Shown: piece by piece, positions 27,801 through 43,189 of the stretch
Position numbering within the stretch: the first letter of the stretch is position 1
Layout: each line of letters begins with the position of its first letter
Assembly: GCF_009914755.1 (NCBI RefSeq)
Contig: NC_060933.1
DNA: 64,000 nucleotides
From: the human T2T-CHM13v2.0 reference genome, Homo sapiens
Strand: one strand, 5' to 3'
Made by a program: the position numbers and the translations under genes
Notes under the pieces: generated by a model
Databases searched by the model: none
Told to the model about the DNA's origin: nothing
The model's input: only the letters and a program-made list of their open reading frames with translations

Positions 27801-29714
27801 TGCCTACTAGATTTCTCCTTCATGAAATGTTCTTTACATTAAACTGCTTCTATCTGTCTCTCATTGGCATATATCATCAAAAAGCACAAACGAATATTGA
27901 AAGGTTAGAAAAACACAGACAAATCAACCAAAGACTAATTTTTTATGCTTTGCTGTCAAACACAAAATGGCTCCCCCATCTTACCAAACACACCCAGTGT
28001 ATTCTATTGAAATTCAGACACTTCTTAAACACAAAAATGACTTTAGTAAGTATGTTCATGTCAGTCCATATCATCCTTCTTAATTCTTTGGTTCCTCCTT
28101 AATACTTCGTCTTCCTTAATTCTTCCCTTTAACCACACCATTTTCTTGGCTTAGTGTCTTACTCCCTTCCAAGCCATATATATCCTTAGCCATCCAGATA
28201 AACTGCAACCATCTTCAGTTATACTACCCATTCTTTCTCCAATTTTTGTTTAAACCATGTGTATGTTCAACATAATTTAATATGTAATTTTATGCTTTAT
28301 CATTGTTCTCATGTTGTGTTAAGTGAGAAAATTCTTGAGTTTATATATCACCTAGGAGTGAGCATATAGTAGGTGCTCAAAACCTACTTCAGTAGTGAAA
28401 CAAAAGCATATTCACAGATGTTTCCATTTCAATGAGAAACCCAAAGGAGCTTCAGTTTCAAAAGAACACTTAGAGGAAATAAGCTTCTCTTAAAAATAAA
28501 TAAGGCTTTCTTTAAAATAAAAACAGTTCAAATGTCTTTACATTTAAAAGATCTTATGAAGCCAGAGTCAAGAACAAAAGCAACCTGAGTTAACTCTCTT
28601 GATATACTTTGACCTAAAACTAAGGGTAAGTGGGAAAAATGTAATAACACAATTTGATTACCTGGTATCATTTTGAATAAAAAGGCTAAAATCAAATATT
28701 GAGACCAATTCTGTTGATTAAGTTTCCCAAACGCAAATTAACTTGATCATTTAAATTTCCACATTATGATATGCCCTCTATATGACTCAAATGCCATTTC
28801 CAATTCAATTATTTTTTATTTTATGCTAACTCATCTTTGAATGTCAGTAAACAAGAGGGAAAAAATATGAAATTTGCAGAGTTGAGGGCAGTAGAGAGAA
28901 TGCTGTGATCTCTATTTTCTATTTATGGATCACCCTCTGTATAGGTTTGGCATTCATTCTGAAAATTACTTTCAGCAATAAAATGCACCTAGAAATGCAT
29001 ACTGATTAAGTGGCATTATACCACATGAACATTTTCCCTGTAAATATATTATTAATAATTTTATAATTTCAAATTAAGATTCTGATTCCTATCTGTTTCC
29101 CTGAAGTGTTTTTCCTCCTTAATTACCTGTCTCAGAGATTTTTCTTTTTGTGTCTCTCTTTCTTCATATTCCCTTGAGGCCCCATAATTAGAGCTTGCAG
29201 TACCTCTGCACCAAACAGAAAACCAAGAAAATCTTCCTTGGTTTCAGGTTTTTATAAAAATTTGAAACGTGGAACTGGGTTCATGAAAAGTTTTCTTGAG
29301 GTAGACAAACCTTTCAGCAAGTTTTGTGCAAATCTTGGATGAATTCAAAGTTAGCCTGAGCCAATTAATTTTTTGGCAGGGAAATTGTAACATATGATGG
29401 TTGTGTCTGTGCTAGATGGCTTTATATAAAAATGGGTGACTTTGGATGGATTTGGCTTTGAACGTGTTGGCGCTTTCCACCTAAAAGCACAAAATACAAT
29501 TCAGGGCTTATAGAATTCTATCCTCTCAGATTCCTAGCAGGCAAATTTGTCTCCTGTCATTGTATTTCCCAAACAGGACATTTCTTTACTCAGTACAAAA
29601 TATTTTCCCCAGTTTGTGTTAAGATTGAAATTTATTTTTTAAAGGATTGAGGATCAATTAATGACATTAAACAAGATGGATCACAAAAGTGAGTAGTCCC
29701 AGACTACAACTGCC

Positions 29715-29808
29715 ATCAGGGCAGCCATTTACACTCTGTTTCCAGCATCTAAAACGGTGCCTGGTACATAGTAGGTGCTCAGTGAATATTTATTGAATAA
29801 GTAAATAA
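29715..29808 (+). mobile_element. L2 3' end
   Basis: 'gtgcctggtacatagtaggtgctcagtgaatatttattgaat' is the canonical L2 terminus. Confidence 0.8.
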
Positions 29809-30471
29809 CAACTCATATCTGTAAAGAAATACCACAGCAATAGAACAGAGGAAAAAAGACATTCCCTAATATATCTTCAAACTCTTTAGGCTTCCTGCTT
29901 CTAAATGTGTTTGTACCTCTTCCCTCAAATATTCAGTATACCAGATAGTCACAAGATTAATCAATGAAATCAATAACCTAGTCACATATGCTTTTGCTTA
30001 AACATAATGATGTTGGTATTGGTGGGCACATGATAGCAGAAACAGTCCTTGGAGTAATTTCTCATTACGGAAAATAATTGCAAACCCTTACAATATCTTT
30101 TTCTGTTGTCTCACAAAACTGAAAAGGACTTAAGAAACCCATATGTTATGCAGGAGGAACTTAATTTCAGTGAGAGGACATGATTACACAAAGTCACGCA
30201 ATAGGCTAGGGGAAAAAAAAATATGTGGCTGAAGTCACCTAGCTCCAGGCCAAGTGTTACTTTCATTCTACCATATGGGTGAATTTTTTTGCTTTCCTGC
30301 ATACCAAATGCACCACAAAATATTTGAGTTTGTTTTAACCTATCATTAGAGTGGATCTTTGAAATCCTGAGTAGAACTAGACCACAGATAAAACCTCATC
30401 CCCTCGCTCCCAAGAAATCACTTTCCTTTACAAATTTTATATTGCTAGTTTATTTTTAAGAATGTGTATGC

Positions 30472-30792
<321 letters not shown>

Positions 30793-31619
30793 TCAGAACT
30801 TTCAGTTATTCTATATTCACCTGATCCACACTGGAAATAACGTGTATTCTTTTGGTCTATGACTACTCCAGCATGGATATGCTCATAGATGGAGGCACCA
30901 CAATGCAGATTCACCGTATCTTTCCAGCCCTCACATGCATGCTCTTAGAAATGTCCAGAACTCAAAAACAACTCTTGAATTCAATTCAAGTAAGGATCCC
31001 AAATCTTCAATGTGAGGACAATAAGACATCATATTTAGTCCTGTCAGTCTCTTCCCTTATACAGTAACCCTAACTCCATATTTAACTCATTTTGCCTTGT
31101 AAGTCCTTGACCGAAGAATGTCCAGACAATGCAATTTGAACGTCAATCTATTGACCAGAAAGCTAATGCTACTCAGTAATTAATGGTACACTTGAATTTT
31201 GGCACCTAGCTTAGACCTAAGAAATAGAACATGAGATGAAAATAAAGCTGGTCACTGGAAAGACAATAAAAAAAACAGAAAGCCAATTACTTGGAACCAT
31301 GAATTAACCAAAATAATTCTCCATAGCACCCAGTATTCCAGTTTTTACATTCTAAAGAGTGAGACATTAGTGGACCTCATCCACTACTACAATTTACCAG
31401 CATCCCTACATGTATTATTCACTCAATTATTCACCGTGACTTCATAAAGCAAGTACTTAAACAATGTATTTTCTCAGGTCCTGAGGCTTACTGATATATT
31501 CATCCAAATGTTGATCATGTTAAATATATGCTTGTATAATATACACTGCCCTGGGTGCTGGGGATACAACTATGAATAAGACGTACTCAGGCCCTATGCA
31601 ATCGAACTTAAATTCTGTT

Positions 31620-32725
31620 TATTCTGCCCAATCTCTTTCTCCTCTACTTCCAAGACTCCAGTTTCATGTATGTTAAACTACTTATTACTGCTCACATGTC
31701 CCTAAGACACTGTTCATTTTTTTTTCTCTTTTTTCTCTCTGTTCTTCACATTGATGCTTTCTGTTAATATATCTAAAAGCATATTCTTTTTCTTGCCATC
31801 TTCAATATGATAAATCATTTTTCATTGTAGCTATTGGATATTTAAGCTCTAGACTATTCATTTTATTTTGTTTCTATATCTCTGAGATTTTTCATCATTT
31901 TATTCATTATACATGTATCTTCTTTAATGTCCTTAAAATATTTATAAATAGTTGCTTTAAAGTCCTTTTCTGCTAAATGGAACATCTAGGTTTTGCAAGA
32001 TCAACTTATATTAGCTGATTTTTTCTTGAAAATAAGTAACATTTTTGCTTTTTCACATTTGTATATACTACAAATTATGAATAATAAGTTGTAAATATAG
32101 ACACTGCTATATTACTGTGATGACTGATTTCTTTTCATGGAAAACCAGGTAACTTGTCTGGATTCCAACTCCAAACTCTGTATTTTTGCAAAGACCATAA
32201 TCTGTTACCTCTGCATGGCTCTTTCAGATTCCAGATGCTGCTTTTTTGTTGTTGTTTGTTGTTTTTGGCTGAGTCCTATAGGATTTATTCCCCATATGCC
32301 AGCTAGTTTAGCCAGGTTAGCACATAGCTAAGAATGTGCATGAATTTTATATGCTGATTTAGGGGCTGAACCACTCTGAATCCCTTTCTTTCAGGATTTA
32401 ATGCTAATTTTCTGGCTAGGTTCCCAAACTCTGTTCTCTGACAGCTCAAGCCAGTAAAATAGTGGCTTTCTTCCTATAGAGCCTCAGGTAGGTCTGAGCA
32501 TGACCTCCAGCAAAGAGCTTAAAAATAGCAAATTTCACCTGTTATACTCATCTTTCAAGTGTATCATCATCTATAATTCTCGCTTGCTTTTGTTCATTCT
32601 CTTCTGCCTTCAAGTTGTTTGGTGAATATAGAAGATATGAATATACATATAGATACACTTTTCCAAGTTTTATAATTCTTATATGCAGAGGATTATTCCA
32701 ATCAAACCACTCCACCATTTCCAAT
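31620..32725 (-). mobile_element. Very old L1M ORF1/5' region (L1ME/HAL1-like)
   Basis: T-rich reverse L1 ORF1-like motifs such as 'gactccagtttcatgtatgtta' and 'atagttgctttaaagtccttttctgcta'. Confidence 0.6.
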
Positions 32726-33348
32726 ACACTATCTTTTTGAAATCAAGAAATGAATCTTACTCAACTTGGTCTTGCCAGGGCAAAATATGGGTTTTTTGCC
32801 ATATAGTAGCTGATCAATAAGTGCTTGCTGGATTGAATACTTCATTTTGACATCAAGGTTATTTACAAATCATTTATAAATAATTACGTGTGCATTGTTG
32901 GACATGAATAAAATTTCTAAGAACTGACAAGAGAAACAGCACTGTGCTGAATCTCAGAAAAGTTCAAGAAAGTAGGCAGAATATGGGTCTCAGAATATAG
33001 CTTAGAAACTATTAGGAGCCATATATTTAATATGGAATTACAGAAAATTTCATAAAGTATGTCATCCTAAGCAAGAAAAAAAAACTTGTCTACTATTAAA
33101 GAGTCTATTATCTGTCAGAGGTAGGGCTGTACTAAAATCAGATGACCTTGACCTTCAAAACAGTCCCCTAAGCCTACACATTTTTCCCATAAGATGACAC
33201 AATAGGCCTGGGGCTGATGAGAACTTTGAAGATAATCCCAGCCATACTCTAAGAATACTCATCAAAAGATTGTCCACTAAGACCAGATCTACCTATGCTA
33301 AGAATCTGTCAATGTTAATCCAATTCGGTTACTTGGAGTTGGAGAAAA

Positions 33349-33370
33349 CACACACACACACACACACACA
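33349..33370. repeat. (CA)11 microsatellite
   Basis: Read directly from the sequence. Confidence 0.95.
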
Positions 33371-33999
33371 AACTCAGCTTAAATAGCCATTTACTCTCAG
33401 TGGTGTGAGGGTATTTGTTGTCTATGAATAACTCTTTGGCATAATACAAAAGAAGAATCCACTAATCTTATTAAAGGTAAATTATTTATGAGTAACTTAT
33501 TCAACAGGATACACAGAAGAATAAAACATTAGATATTAGGACCTCATAGGTAAGGTTTCTATTTCGGATATGCTATTGAGAAAACAATCAGTTTATCATC
33601 AGGAAAGGTTTTCACTTTATTTCTATGGAGAAAAATAACCTCCCACCTGCTGCTAAACATACTTAATTAAAGAGATCCGGATTGTACTGCTTATACTTGT
33701 GGCATATCACTTGAACTTTTCACTAAGTGTCATTCTTATAACATTATCACAGACTCCTAGCTTATTATGAGAACAGAGGTGCTAATCAAGAGGAATTACT
33801 TAGTAATTATATTTTTATTTAGAATTTTAAAAGGATGCATTTCTATTTTTTTGGAGCACCCCAACCATATTTCTCCACACACATTTATCTAAGGAAGTTC
33901 AATTAACTATGTAGGCACACCTAGATTTGCCCCTCTTATGGCACTGTTTGATGAGTAGAAATGTTTTAGAATACAGTATTCAAAACTGTAATCATTAAA

Positions 34000-34521
34000 T
34001 GCATTAGTTAGGATTCTCCAGGAAAACAGAGGGGAGAGAGAGAGAGAGAGAGACAGTGTGTGTGTGTGTGTGTGTGTGTGTATAAAGAAATTTCTTATAA
34101 GGAACTGGAATTGGCTCAGGAGATTGTGGAAGCTTAAAAGATCTGCAATCACCAAGCTGGAGACCCAGGAGAGCCAATGGTGTAGCTAGTCCAAGTCCAA
34201 AGGCTTGAGAACCAGAAGAACTGATATTTCAGTTGGAGTCTCAAGGCAGAAAAAAAAAAAAAACGCCCTACCCAGTTCAAGGCAGTCAGGCAGGAGAAAC
34301 TCCTTTTTATTTGTGAGAACGTCAGCTTTTTTTTTTTTTCCTGAATTCAGGCCTCCGCTTGGATGGTACCCATCTACCTGAAGGACTGCAACCTGCTCCA
34401 CTCAGTCTACCATCCAGATGTTTATTTCACCCAGAAACATCCTTCCAGTCACACCCAGAGTAATGTTTGACCAAATACCTGGGCACCCCAGTGAAGCCGG
34501 CACATAAAATTAACCATCATA
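34000..34521 (-). mobile_element. ERVL solo LTR, MLT2B-like, with internal (GA)n(GT)n
   Basis: 'tgcattagttaggattctcca', 'aagctggagacccaggagagccaatggtgt', end 'cacataaaattaaccatcata'. Compound microsatellite at about 34034-34081. Confidence 0.85.
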
Positions 34522-35399
34522 CCAAGTGAACATGAAATAGCTAAATTATTTCAGCAACTTGCCTCCATTATACATTGTCCTGAACAGAACATGAGATTCA
34601 GTTCTAACTCCAATAACCAGATAGGGAAATAATTTTAATAATTCATGGTAATATGTTTTGCTCAAGTATAAAAATGAGGAATCAGTTTGTGTCTGGTGCA
34701 CACAATTTATGCTTCTTTGCTTCCAAGATGACATCATTCTGTCCCTTTTTGGCATTTATCTTTTCTACTTGCCAGTGTGCCAAAATGAAAATGATTTTCA
34801 AAAAGCTATAGAGAATCATACTTTGGGAACACACAATGGTATTAATAAACGTTATCCTGAAAATGCTGAAGTAGCTCCTAAAAAAGGTGTTCCCAATAAA
34901 AATTTTATCATTTTAAATGTTATCCGCATTTTTTTATCTCAACTAAAAAGCAATAACCATGGCCAAATTGGTTAGTAAAAAACAACTATCCATAAGAATT
35001 CCTGGGTTCCGATTCCAGTTCAAACATTTAATTAGCTGTATAAGCATCAGTATAGCATGTAATTTCTCTGATCCTCAGTTTCCAGAACAATAAAATGAGG
35101 AAATCAAATGACAAAAACGGAAAGTCTGAAAATTTCCTGACAAATCTTTTAATTATATTCCTCTCTCAATTCAGTATACCAAACATGTATTTATTGAATA
35201 TGAACCAAGCATTACCAAATAAACCTGCACTAGGCATCTGTAGGAATACAAAGATCAATAATACATAAAATTTTCTTACTACGAGGGGCTTACCATCCAG
35301 AGGGAACGAGAAGAAGACAGTGTGATATTGGTATAAGAATACACAACAAAAATGGATAGTAAAAATACTATTATTAAAATTTTAAAATTATAAGCTGCA

Positions 35400-35900
35400 T
35401 TTTAAATAATACTATTAATAGAATGAGAAAGCAAACCAAAGACTGAGAGACAATATTCACACTATGTAGTTCAAGTATGGCTGTTAAAATTTAACAGACA
35501 GAAATAAACAAGATGTAACTACAGAAATAAGTACAATGCATATCTTCCCAAACAAAAAGGAAATAAAGAAAAAGTGACTGAAAGAGTTTATACGAAAGGC
35601 AAGAATTAAGAAATAAAAGAAACAACATAAAAGGGAGGTCAATAGAACATACAAAATAAATGCAAGTATATCAGCAGCAAAAGTAAATATATTAAATTCA
35701 CTGATTAAAGGCAAAGACTCTCAGATTGGAAAATAACAACAAAAATCCAGCAATATGTTTTAAAAGGATTATCCTCAAAGCATATCAACACTGAAAGATT
35801 GAAAGTAAGTATATAGATGGAAAAACTACTCTGGGCAAATACAATATGGCAAAGTAGTCTCTAAAGCAAATGCCCTTTGGTAATTTAAAAATGGTTATTT
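35400..35900 (+). mobile_element. Old L1M ORF2 fragments
   Basis: 'aaatatattaaattcactgattaaaggcaaagactctcagattgga' resembles the start of the L1 EN domain. Confidence 0.55.
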
Positions 35901-35996
35901 CATTTATTCATACATTCAAAAAATATATATGTGGGGCTCCTATATTTACCAGGTACTGTTCTAATAACAACATAGTACTATATGAAACAAACTCTG

Positions 35997-36260
35997 CGGG
36001 CATGGAGGCTCACGCTTGTAATCCCAGCAACTCAGGAGGTTGAGGCAGGAGTTCAAGACCAGCCTAGGCAACATAGCAAAACTCCATCTCTACCAAAAAA
36101 CAGTAGCTGGGTATGGTGGAGCATGCCAGCTACTCAGAAAGATGAGGCAGAAAGATTGTTTGAACCCAAGAGTTCAAGGCTCAAGTGAGCTATTATTGCA
36201 CCACTGCACGCTAGCCTAAGCGGCAGAACAAGACCCCTTCTCTAAAAATAAGTAAATAAA
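35997..36260 (+). mobile_element. Degenerate Alu (AluJ-like) with internal deletions
   Basis: 'ggctcacgcttgtaatcccagca', 'gagttcaagaccagcctaggcaacatagcaa', 'gtgagctattattgcaccactgcac'. Confidence 0.85.
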
Positions 36261-36264
36261 AGAT

Positions 36265-37425
<1,161 letters not shown>

Positions 37426-38179
37426 AAATTATGTGAGGAAATCAGACAAAAATTGAAATAAGAAAACTGTTTGAATGTGGATTTACAACAAGTCACTGAT
37501 AATGAACTTTTTTGTAAGTGTAAGTTTATACTTTGAAATATTAACTATTAAAAAAGTTATATGTTAAAAATTTATAAATAAAAATGCAAAAGAAATGATC
37601 ACCAAGAACAACCTTCATGTGTCTGGACACTAAAATACACTCTTGTAAAATATACATTTTATACATGTTTTCAGGAAAAATTCATAATAAAAATTACATC
37701 ATACAGAACTGAGAAAAAATGAAAACATAAATATCTACCTTGTGGAACGTAGCAACAGTCATAATAGAAGGGAATACATAGCATTAAATGCAAACATTAG
37801 GACAGAAAGTTGAAAATCAGTAAGCTAAGCATCCTACTCAAGAAGATAGAAAAAGCACAGCAGGATCACTGTGTAGAAGATCTATTCTTTCAGAAAGACA
37901 CTGGAAGTCTTATATACCAACAATAACCAATCAGAAACCACAGTATTTGATAATAATACTATACAAAAGAACAACAAGCAAGACATACATATCATTAAGA
38001 TTTTAGAAGTGTATAAATTTATTGGAGGACAAAAGAAAAAAGGAATTGCCATACCATATTTCAGGTAAAACAAATATTATTTTAAAATACATTTGTTAAA
38101 ATGTAACTGTCCAGTGGGCTGTTTTCCAGACAGCTTCCTAGTGAGCTGAGCAATGAAAATGTAGGCTTAAATATTTTTC

Positions 38180-39093
38180 CCCAGTAATGGGATGTCTGGG
38201 TCAAATGGTATTTCTAGTTCTAGATCCTTGAGGAATTGCCACACTGTCTTCCACCATGGTTGAACTAGTTTACAGTCCCATCAACAGTGTAAAAGCGTTC
38301 CAATTTATCCACATCCTCTCCAGCACCTTTTGTTTCCTGACTTTTTAATTATCACCATTCTAACTGGTGTGAGAGGGTATCTCATTGTGATTTTGATATG
38401 CCTTTCTCGATGGCCAGTGATGATGACCATTTTTTCATGGGTCTGTTGGCTGCATAAATGTCTTCTTTTGAGAGGTGCCTGTTCATATCCTTTGCCCACT
38501 TTTCGATGGGGTTATTTGATTTTTTCTTCTAAATTTGTTTAAGTTCTTTGTAGATTCTGGATATTAGCCCTTTGTCAGATGGGTAGATTGAAAAATTTTC
38601 TCCCATTCTGTAGGTTGCCTGTTCACTCTAATGGTAGTTTCTTTTGCCGTGCAGAAGCTCTTTAGTTTAATTAGATCCCATTTGTCAATTTTGGCTTTTG
38701 TTGTCATTGCTTTTGGTGTTTTAGACATGAAGCCCTTGCCCATGCCTATGTCCTGAACAGTACTGCCTAGGTTTTCTTCTAGGGTCCTTATGGTTTTAGG
38801 TGTAACATTTAAGTCTTTACTCCATCTTGAATTAACTTTTGTATAAGATGTAAGGAAGTGATCCAGTTTCAGTTTTCTACACATGGCTAGCCAGTTTTCC
38901 CAGCACCATTTATTAAATAGGGAATCCTTTCCCTATTTCTTGTTTTTGTCAGGTTTGTCGAAGATCAGATGGCTGTAGATGTGTGGTATTATTTCTGAGG
39001 GCTCTGTTCTGTTCTATTCGTCTGTATCTCTGTTTTGGTACCAGTACCATGCTGTTTTGGTTACTGTAGCCCTGTATTATAGCTTGAAGTCAG
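38180..39093 (-). mobile_element. Inverted segment of a twin-primed L1PA5-like insertion (ORF2 C-terminal region)
   Basis: Minus-strand ORF 38564-38884 ([21 protein letters not shown]). Starts immediately after the left TSD. Confidence 0.92.
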
Positions 39094-39626
39094 GGGGTAT
39101 ATACCCAAAGGATTATAAATCATGCTGCTATAAAGACACATGCACACGTACACATAAGTTTATTGCAGCACTATTCACAATAGCAAAGACTTGGAACCAA
39201 CCCAAATGCCCATCAGTGATAGACTGGATTAAGAAAACGTGGCACATATACACCATGGAATACTATGCAGCCATGAAAAAGGATGGGTTCATGTCCTTTG
39301 TGGGGTCATGGATGAAGCTGGAAACCATCATTCTCAGCAAACTATCACAAGGACAGAAAACTAAACACTGCACATTCTCACTCATAGGTGGGAATTGAAC
39401 AATGAGAACGCTTGGACACAGGAAGGGGAACATCACACACCGGGGCCTGTCGTGGGGTGTGGTGAGGGGGGAGGGATAGCATTAGGAGAGGTACCTAATG
39501 TAAATCATGAGTTAATGGGTGCAGCACACCATCATGGCACATGTATACATATGTAACAAGCCTGCGCATTGTGCACATGTACCCTAGAACTTAAAGTATA
39601 ATAATAAAAAAATTAAAAATAAAAAT
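39094..39626 (+). mobile_element. L1PA5-like 3' end with A-rich tail (forward segment of the same insertion)
   Basis: ORF2 end (...SLIGGN), G-rich 3' UTR, 'gtaccctagaacttaaagtataata'. TSD aaatattttt(c/t)ccca at 38169-38183 and 39627-39641. Confidence 0.93.
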
Positions 39627-39899
39627 AAATATTTTTTCCCAAAAAAGTCATCCCTAAACCCAAAATGAACCAAGTAGTTCTCTCTGTGCTCAAACAGTAT
39701 CTTTGCCTACTTTTATCTCTGTAACTGTCCCACTCTTTAGAACATTTGCATTTATGTGTTTATCTTTTCCATTTGACCATACATTCCATAAAGGTGGAGA
39801 CTATGGTCATATTCATCTTTATAAGCTCATTATCCACCTCTGTTCCTCCACTATGAAAATTACTCAATAAATCCTCATTTGTTGAGGATGCTACAAATT

Positions 39900-40110
39900 G
39901 TAGGTGTTATAAGTTCTGATGAAAAGATCTAGGCATTAGAGAAGCTGTGTTCTAGTCCCAAAGCTGCCATTAAATAACTGGGTGATATCTATACTTTAAG
40001 ATATCTACACTTCTCTGAGCATCAGCATCTTCATGCATAATGTGAGGGTGAGATTTCCTGACTGACCATACTTTACGTGATACTTAAAATAAATATTAAA
40101 TATAAAAGCA
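39900..40110 (+). mobile_element. MIR fragment
   Basis: 'tgtgttctagtcccaaagctgccattaaataactgggtga...cttctctgagcatcag'. Confidence 0.6.
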
Positions 40111-40329
40111 ACTGAAATATTACAAATCACTACCTGGATATGCCAGAATGTGACAACTGAACAGTTTCCATTAGTTTATAAGTTACATAGCCAAATAACT
40201 ATGAAGCATAGACATTATTCCCAAACCACTAGCTAGTCTAACCTTTTCTCAACTATACTCTAGAAATAGATTATATTCTCCAAAGAAGACCATACCATTA
40301 TGTGTTTCATTTCGCATGCTCTTCTTAAA

Positions 40330-40767
40330 ATGTGTTGCTGACATACCTTGATAGGGCAGTCCCCTCGAACTTGGGCAAACCTCTATAACTGCATTAACCA
40401 ATAAAATGAGCACAAGTGACCCTGAGTGACTTCTGCAAGTCATAAAAATTAATATCTCTCAGAACACTTGTCCTTGAAATCTAGCCAACCTATTTTGAGG
40501 AAGCCACAGCTACAAGTTCAGCCCAGCTAGACTCCAAGCTGAAAGCCAGCATCCACTGCTAGACATGTGAGAAAATAAGTCTTCAGATGACACCAGCCCT
40601 TAGCTTTCAAACATTTCATCTGAGGCCAGACACCATGGAACAAAGATATCTCCACTGTGTCCTATATGACTTCCTGAGCCACAGTAACCGTGAGAGATAA
40701 TAAATACTCATTATTTTTTAAACTACTTAGATTGGGGATAGTTTCCCAACAACAGATCACTAATACA
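40330..40767 (+). mobile_element. MaLR solo LTR, MLT1H-like
   Basis: 'gccagcatccactgctagacatgtgag...cttcagatga', 'ctgaggccagacaccatgga', 'gtgagagataataaat...cagatcactaataca'. Confidence 0.75.
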
Positions 40768-42399
40768 ACTTGGTTACCACAAATACTTCTAACCACTTCT
40801 TAGAATAAAGCAGCTTCTGCTTCCTCTCCTATTACAGTGTGTGGTATCTTTAGCAGAACTCATAGGCGGAACCAATAGATTTCAATAGAAAAGACACGTA
40901 AGATAAAAACCGTAATTTGTAAAGAATGCTTGCAATTGGAGTTTCTGACTTGGGTGGAAATGGGGCAAAGAAGGACAAGGTAATGAGAAACTTTAACTTG
41001 GAAAATACCAAGCTGATAATACATCTTCAAGCCAGCCTTCCCATGGCAACTTTTTGTTCAAGCACAGGTATGAAATATTTAGAACCGCTAGAACTCCAGT
41101 AGGAAGGCTTTTATCCCTGCAAAACAGTTTGTAGCCAGAAGCTGCCTGCTGGCACTGCATGCAGTAACACACCGTTTGTTCAATGCCTGAGTTTACTCTT
41201 TGACTGACTGACACACTCCAACCCGCCTCCAAAGGCTCCTTTGCCTTCATGACTGACACGTCCCAGGAAAGAGGGGTTGTAATTGCCTCTTATTTAGGAG
41301 CTAGAGGCTGGTGGAGGATATTTGCTTTGGAGTGCCAGAGACCTTCCATTGGGCATCACCCGCTCCACGGGAGGAGCATTTCAACACAGCGGAACAGACA
41401 AAGGCAACAGAAATCAAGAAACTTGCTGGGTTGATGTGTTTCTGTCCAGTCTCCCTGTGCTGTCATTTCACTTTGCCCAGTTACAAGGACTTGTTTAAAA
41501 TCTGTCACAACAGATTTCATGACACATTTACTTAAAAAAAAAAAAAATCTCTGGTATGTTCTTGTCCCATACACATCCCCCTCAGAGAATATAAAAGATG
41601 GGGAATCAGCAATGTCACATTCTGCCCAAGCACTACCTTGGCTGCTGTCAAGAAAACCACGTATGCCCCACTTCAAGGGAAATGGAGGTAGGGGGCATGT
41701 GCAGTGTATGACATACTTTGAAATGGTCTCGGTTTTTAAAAGTTGTCAACTTAAATGATTTTCTCTGATAAATCAAAAATGTCCCTATAAGAGACAAAAT
41801 AATTGGATACTCTGTTTAATGAGAATACAGGTTTTCACAGAGCAAAACCTCAGGTACGTAAACTAGTTTTACCTAGTCATGATGGGGAGGGATAGCATTA
41901 TCTCATCAGTGATCACCAAAACTTTTACAAGAACTTTTAACATTACATTATTATAATTTATGATTAGCATGAGCTATATATTGTGAATCTATTGAGTTGT
42001 ACAATTCCACTCAAAACCACACCACTTTGATATTTTTGTAGAACAGTGTTGTATTATCATGGGATAAATATATAGTGTACATTAGGCATTCTGAAATATT
42101 TAGGATCGGTTGTAAATACCTATTACTGTTTCAGTGGGATCTTAGGATCCTGGAAAAACAAGGTAAAGAACAATAAATTTAGAAGAGTCCAGAGAGATGT
42201 CCCTACCTCCACCCCCATACATAGAAAAATTGCAAATGTCCAACCAGTTAAAAAGCTAGTTTGCTGAATCCTCTCTAGTAACCTAAAAATATGAAAATAC
42301 TGAAGTTTCCTGAGCAAGCCAGTTGAGACAGCAAAAGTCTTCTAGGAAACAAAAGCTAGAAATAAGGAGACAGAATACCTGTGTTTAAGAAAACTCCAA

Positions 42400-42630
42400 C
42401 AATATAGTTGCTAACAGAGCAGATTCTGCAGCCAGGTGGCCTGTGTTTAAACCTCAGCTGTGCCATTTACTAGCTGTAGGATCTTGGGCAACTTATTTAA
42501 CCTTAGTTGCTCATATGTAAAATGCGGATCCCAATAAATATCTCCATCCAGTAGCTTGGGTAAACTTAAAACGTCATACAGAATACATGTAAAGCACATG
42601 GAATAAAGGCTAACATCTATGAATATTAGT
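42400..42630 (+). mobile_element. MIR
   Basis: 'gtgccatttactagctgtaggatcttgggcaacttatttaacct'. Confidence 0.75.
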
Positions 42631-42719
42631 TTTGTAAGACACCATCCCGTATTTCATATGAAAACTGACTTTTACTGAACTCTTTTCTAGTAAAATTATA
42701 AAAACCATTAAAGCACTGC

Positions 42720-42980
42720 TCTAGGTCACACAGCAAGAAGCACAGCAGAGATTCAAACCTAAGCTGTCTGGCTCTAGAATTACGTGTGAAAAGTATTAAA
42801 TTTACACATGTGATTTCATTTCATATTAATCTCCATAAAAGAAAGCTCTGAAGTATCTTTTTACAATGAGGAAACTGAGACCCAAAAGATTATGTAACTT
42901 GCTTAAAGCCACTGAGCAACATCAAGGATGAGGCAAATCTTGCAACCCAAGTTTTCTTACCACATACTCTCTTCACACTG
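42720..42980 (-). mobile_element. MIR fragments
   Basis: 'ggtcacacagc...gattcaaacctaagctgtctggct' and 'acaatgaggaaactgagaccc'. Confidence 0.65.
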
Positions 42981-43189
42981 TCTCTCTTCCTGAGCCAGGT
43001 TTATTTTGTGCTGAGAACTGTCATCCTCACTTCTTCACTCATTTTGTTCTTTTTTCTCACCGCCATACCTACCAAGAAATCTCAGCCACTATCAATTTCA
43101 CCTTTTCCCAGGGCTTTCCCCTAAGAAAAGTTGTGTTATTTGTTGTTAATCTCTCACTTTTCTAATCTTTTACAACGCTCACTGTCTGT

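Noticed and set aside
38979-39398. 139-aa ORF that looks like a novel fusion protein
   Set aside because: It is a chance read-through across the twin-priming junction, joining antisense L1 to the ORF2 C-terminus. There is no promoter or splice support.
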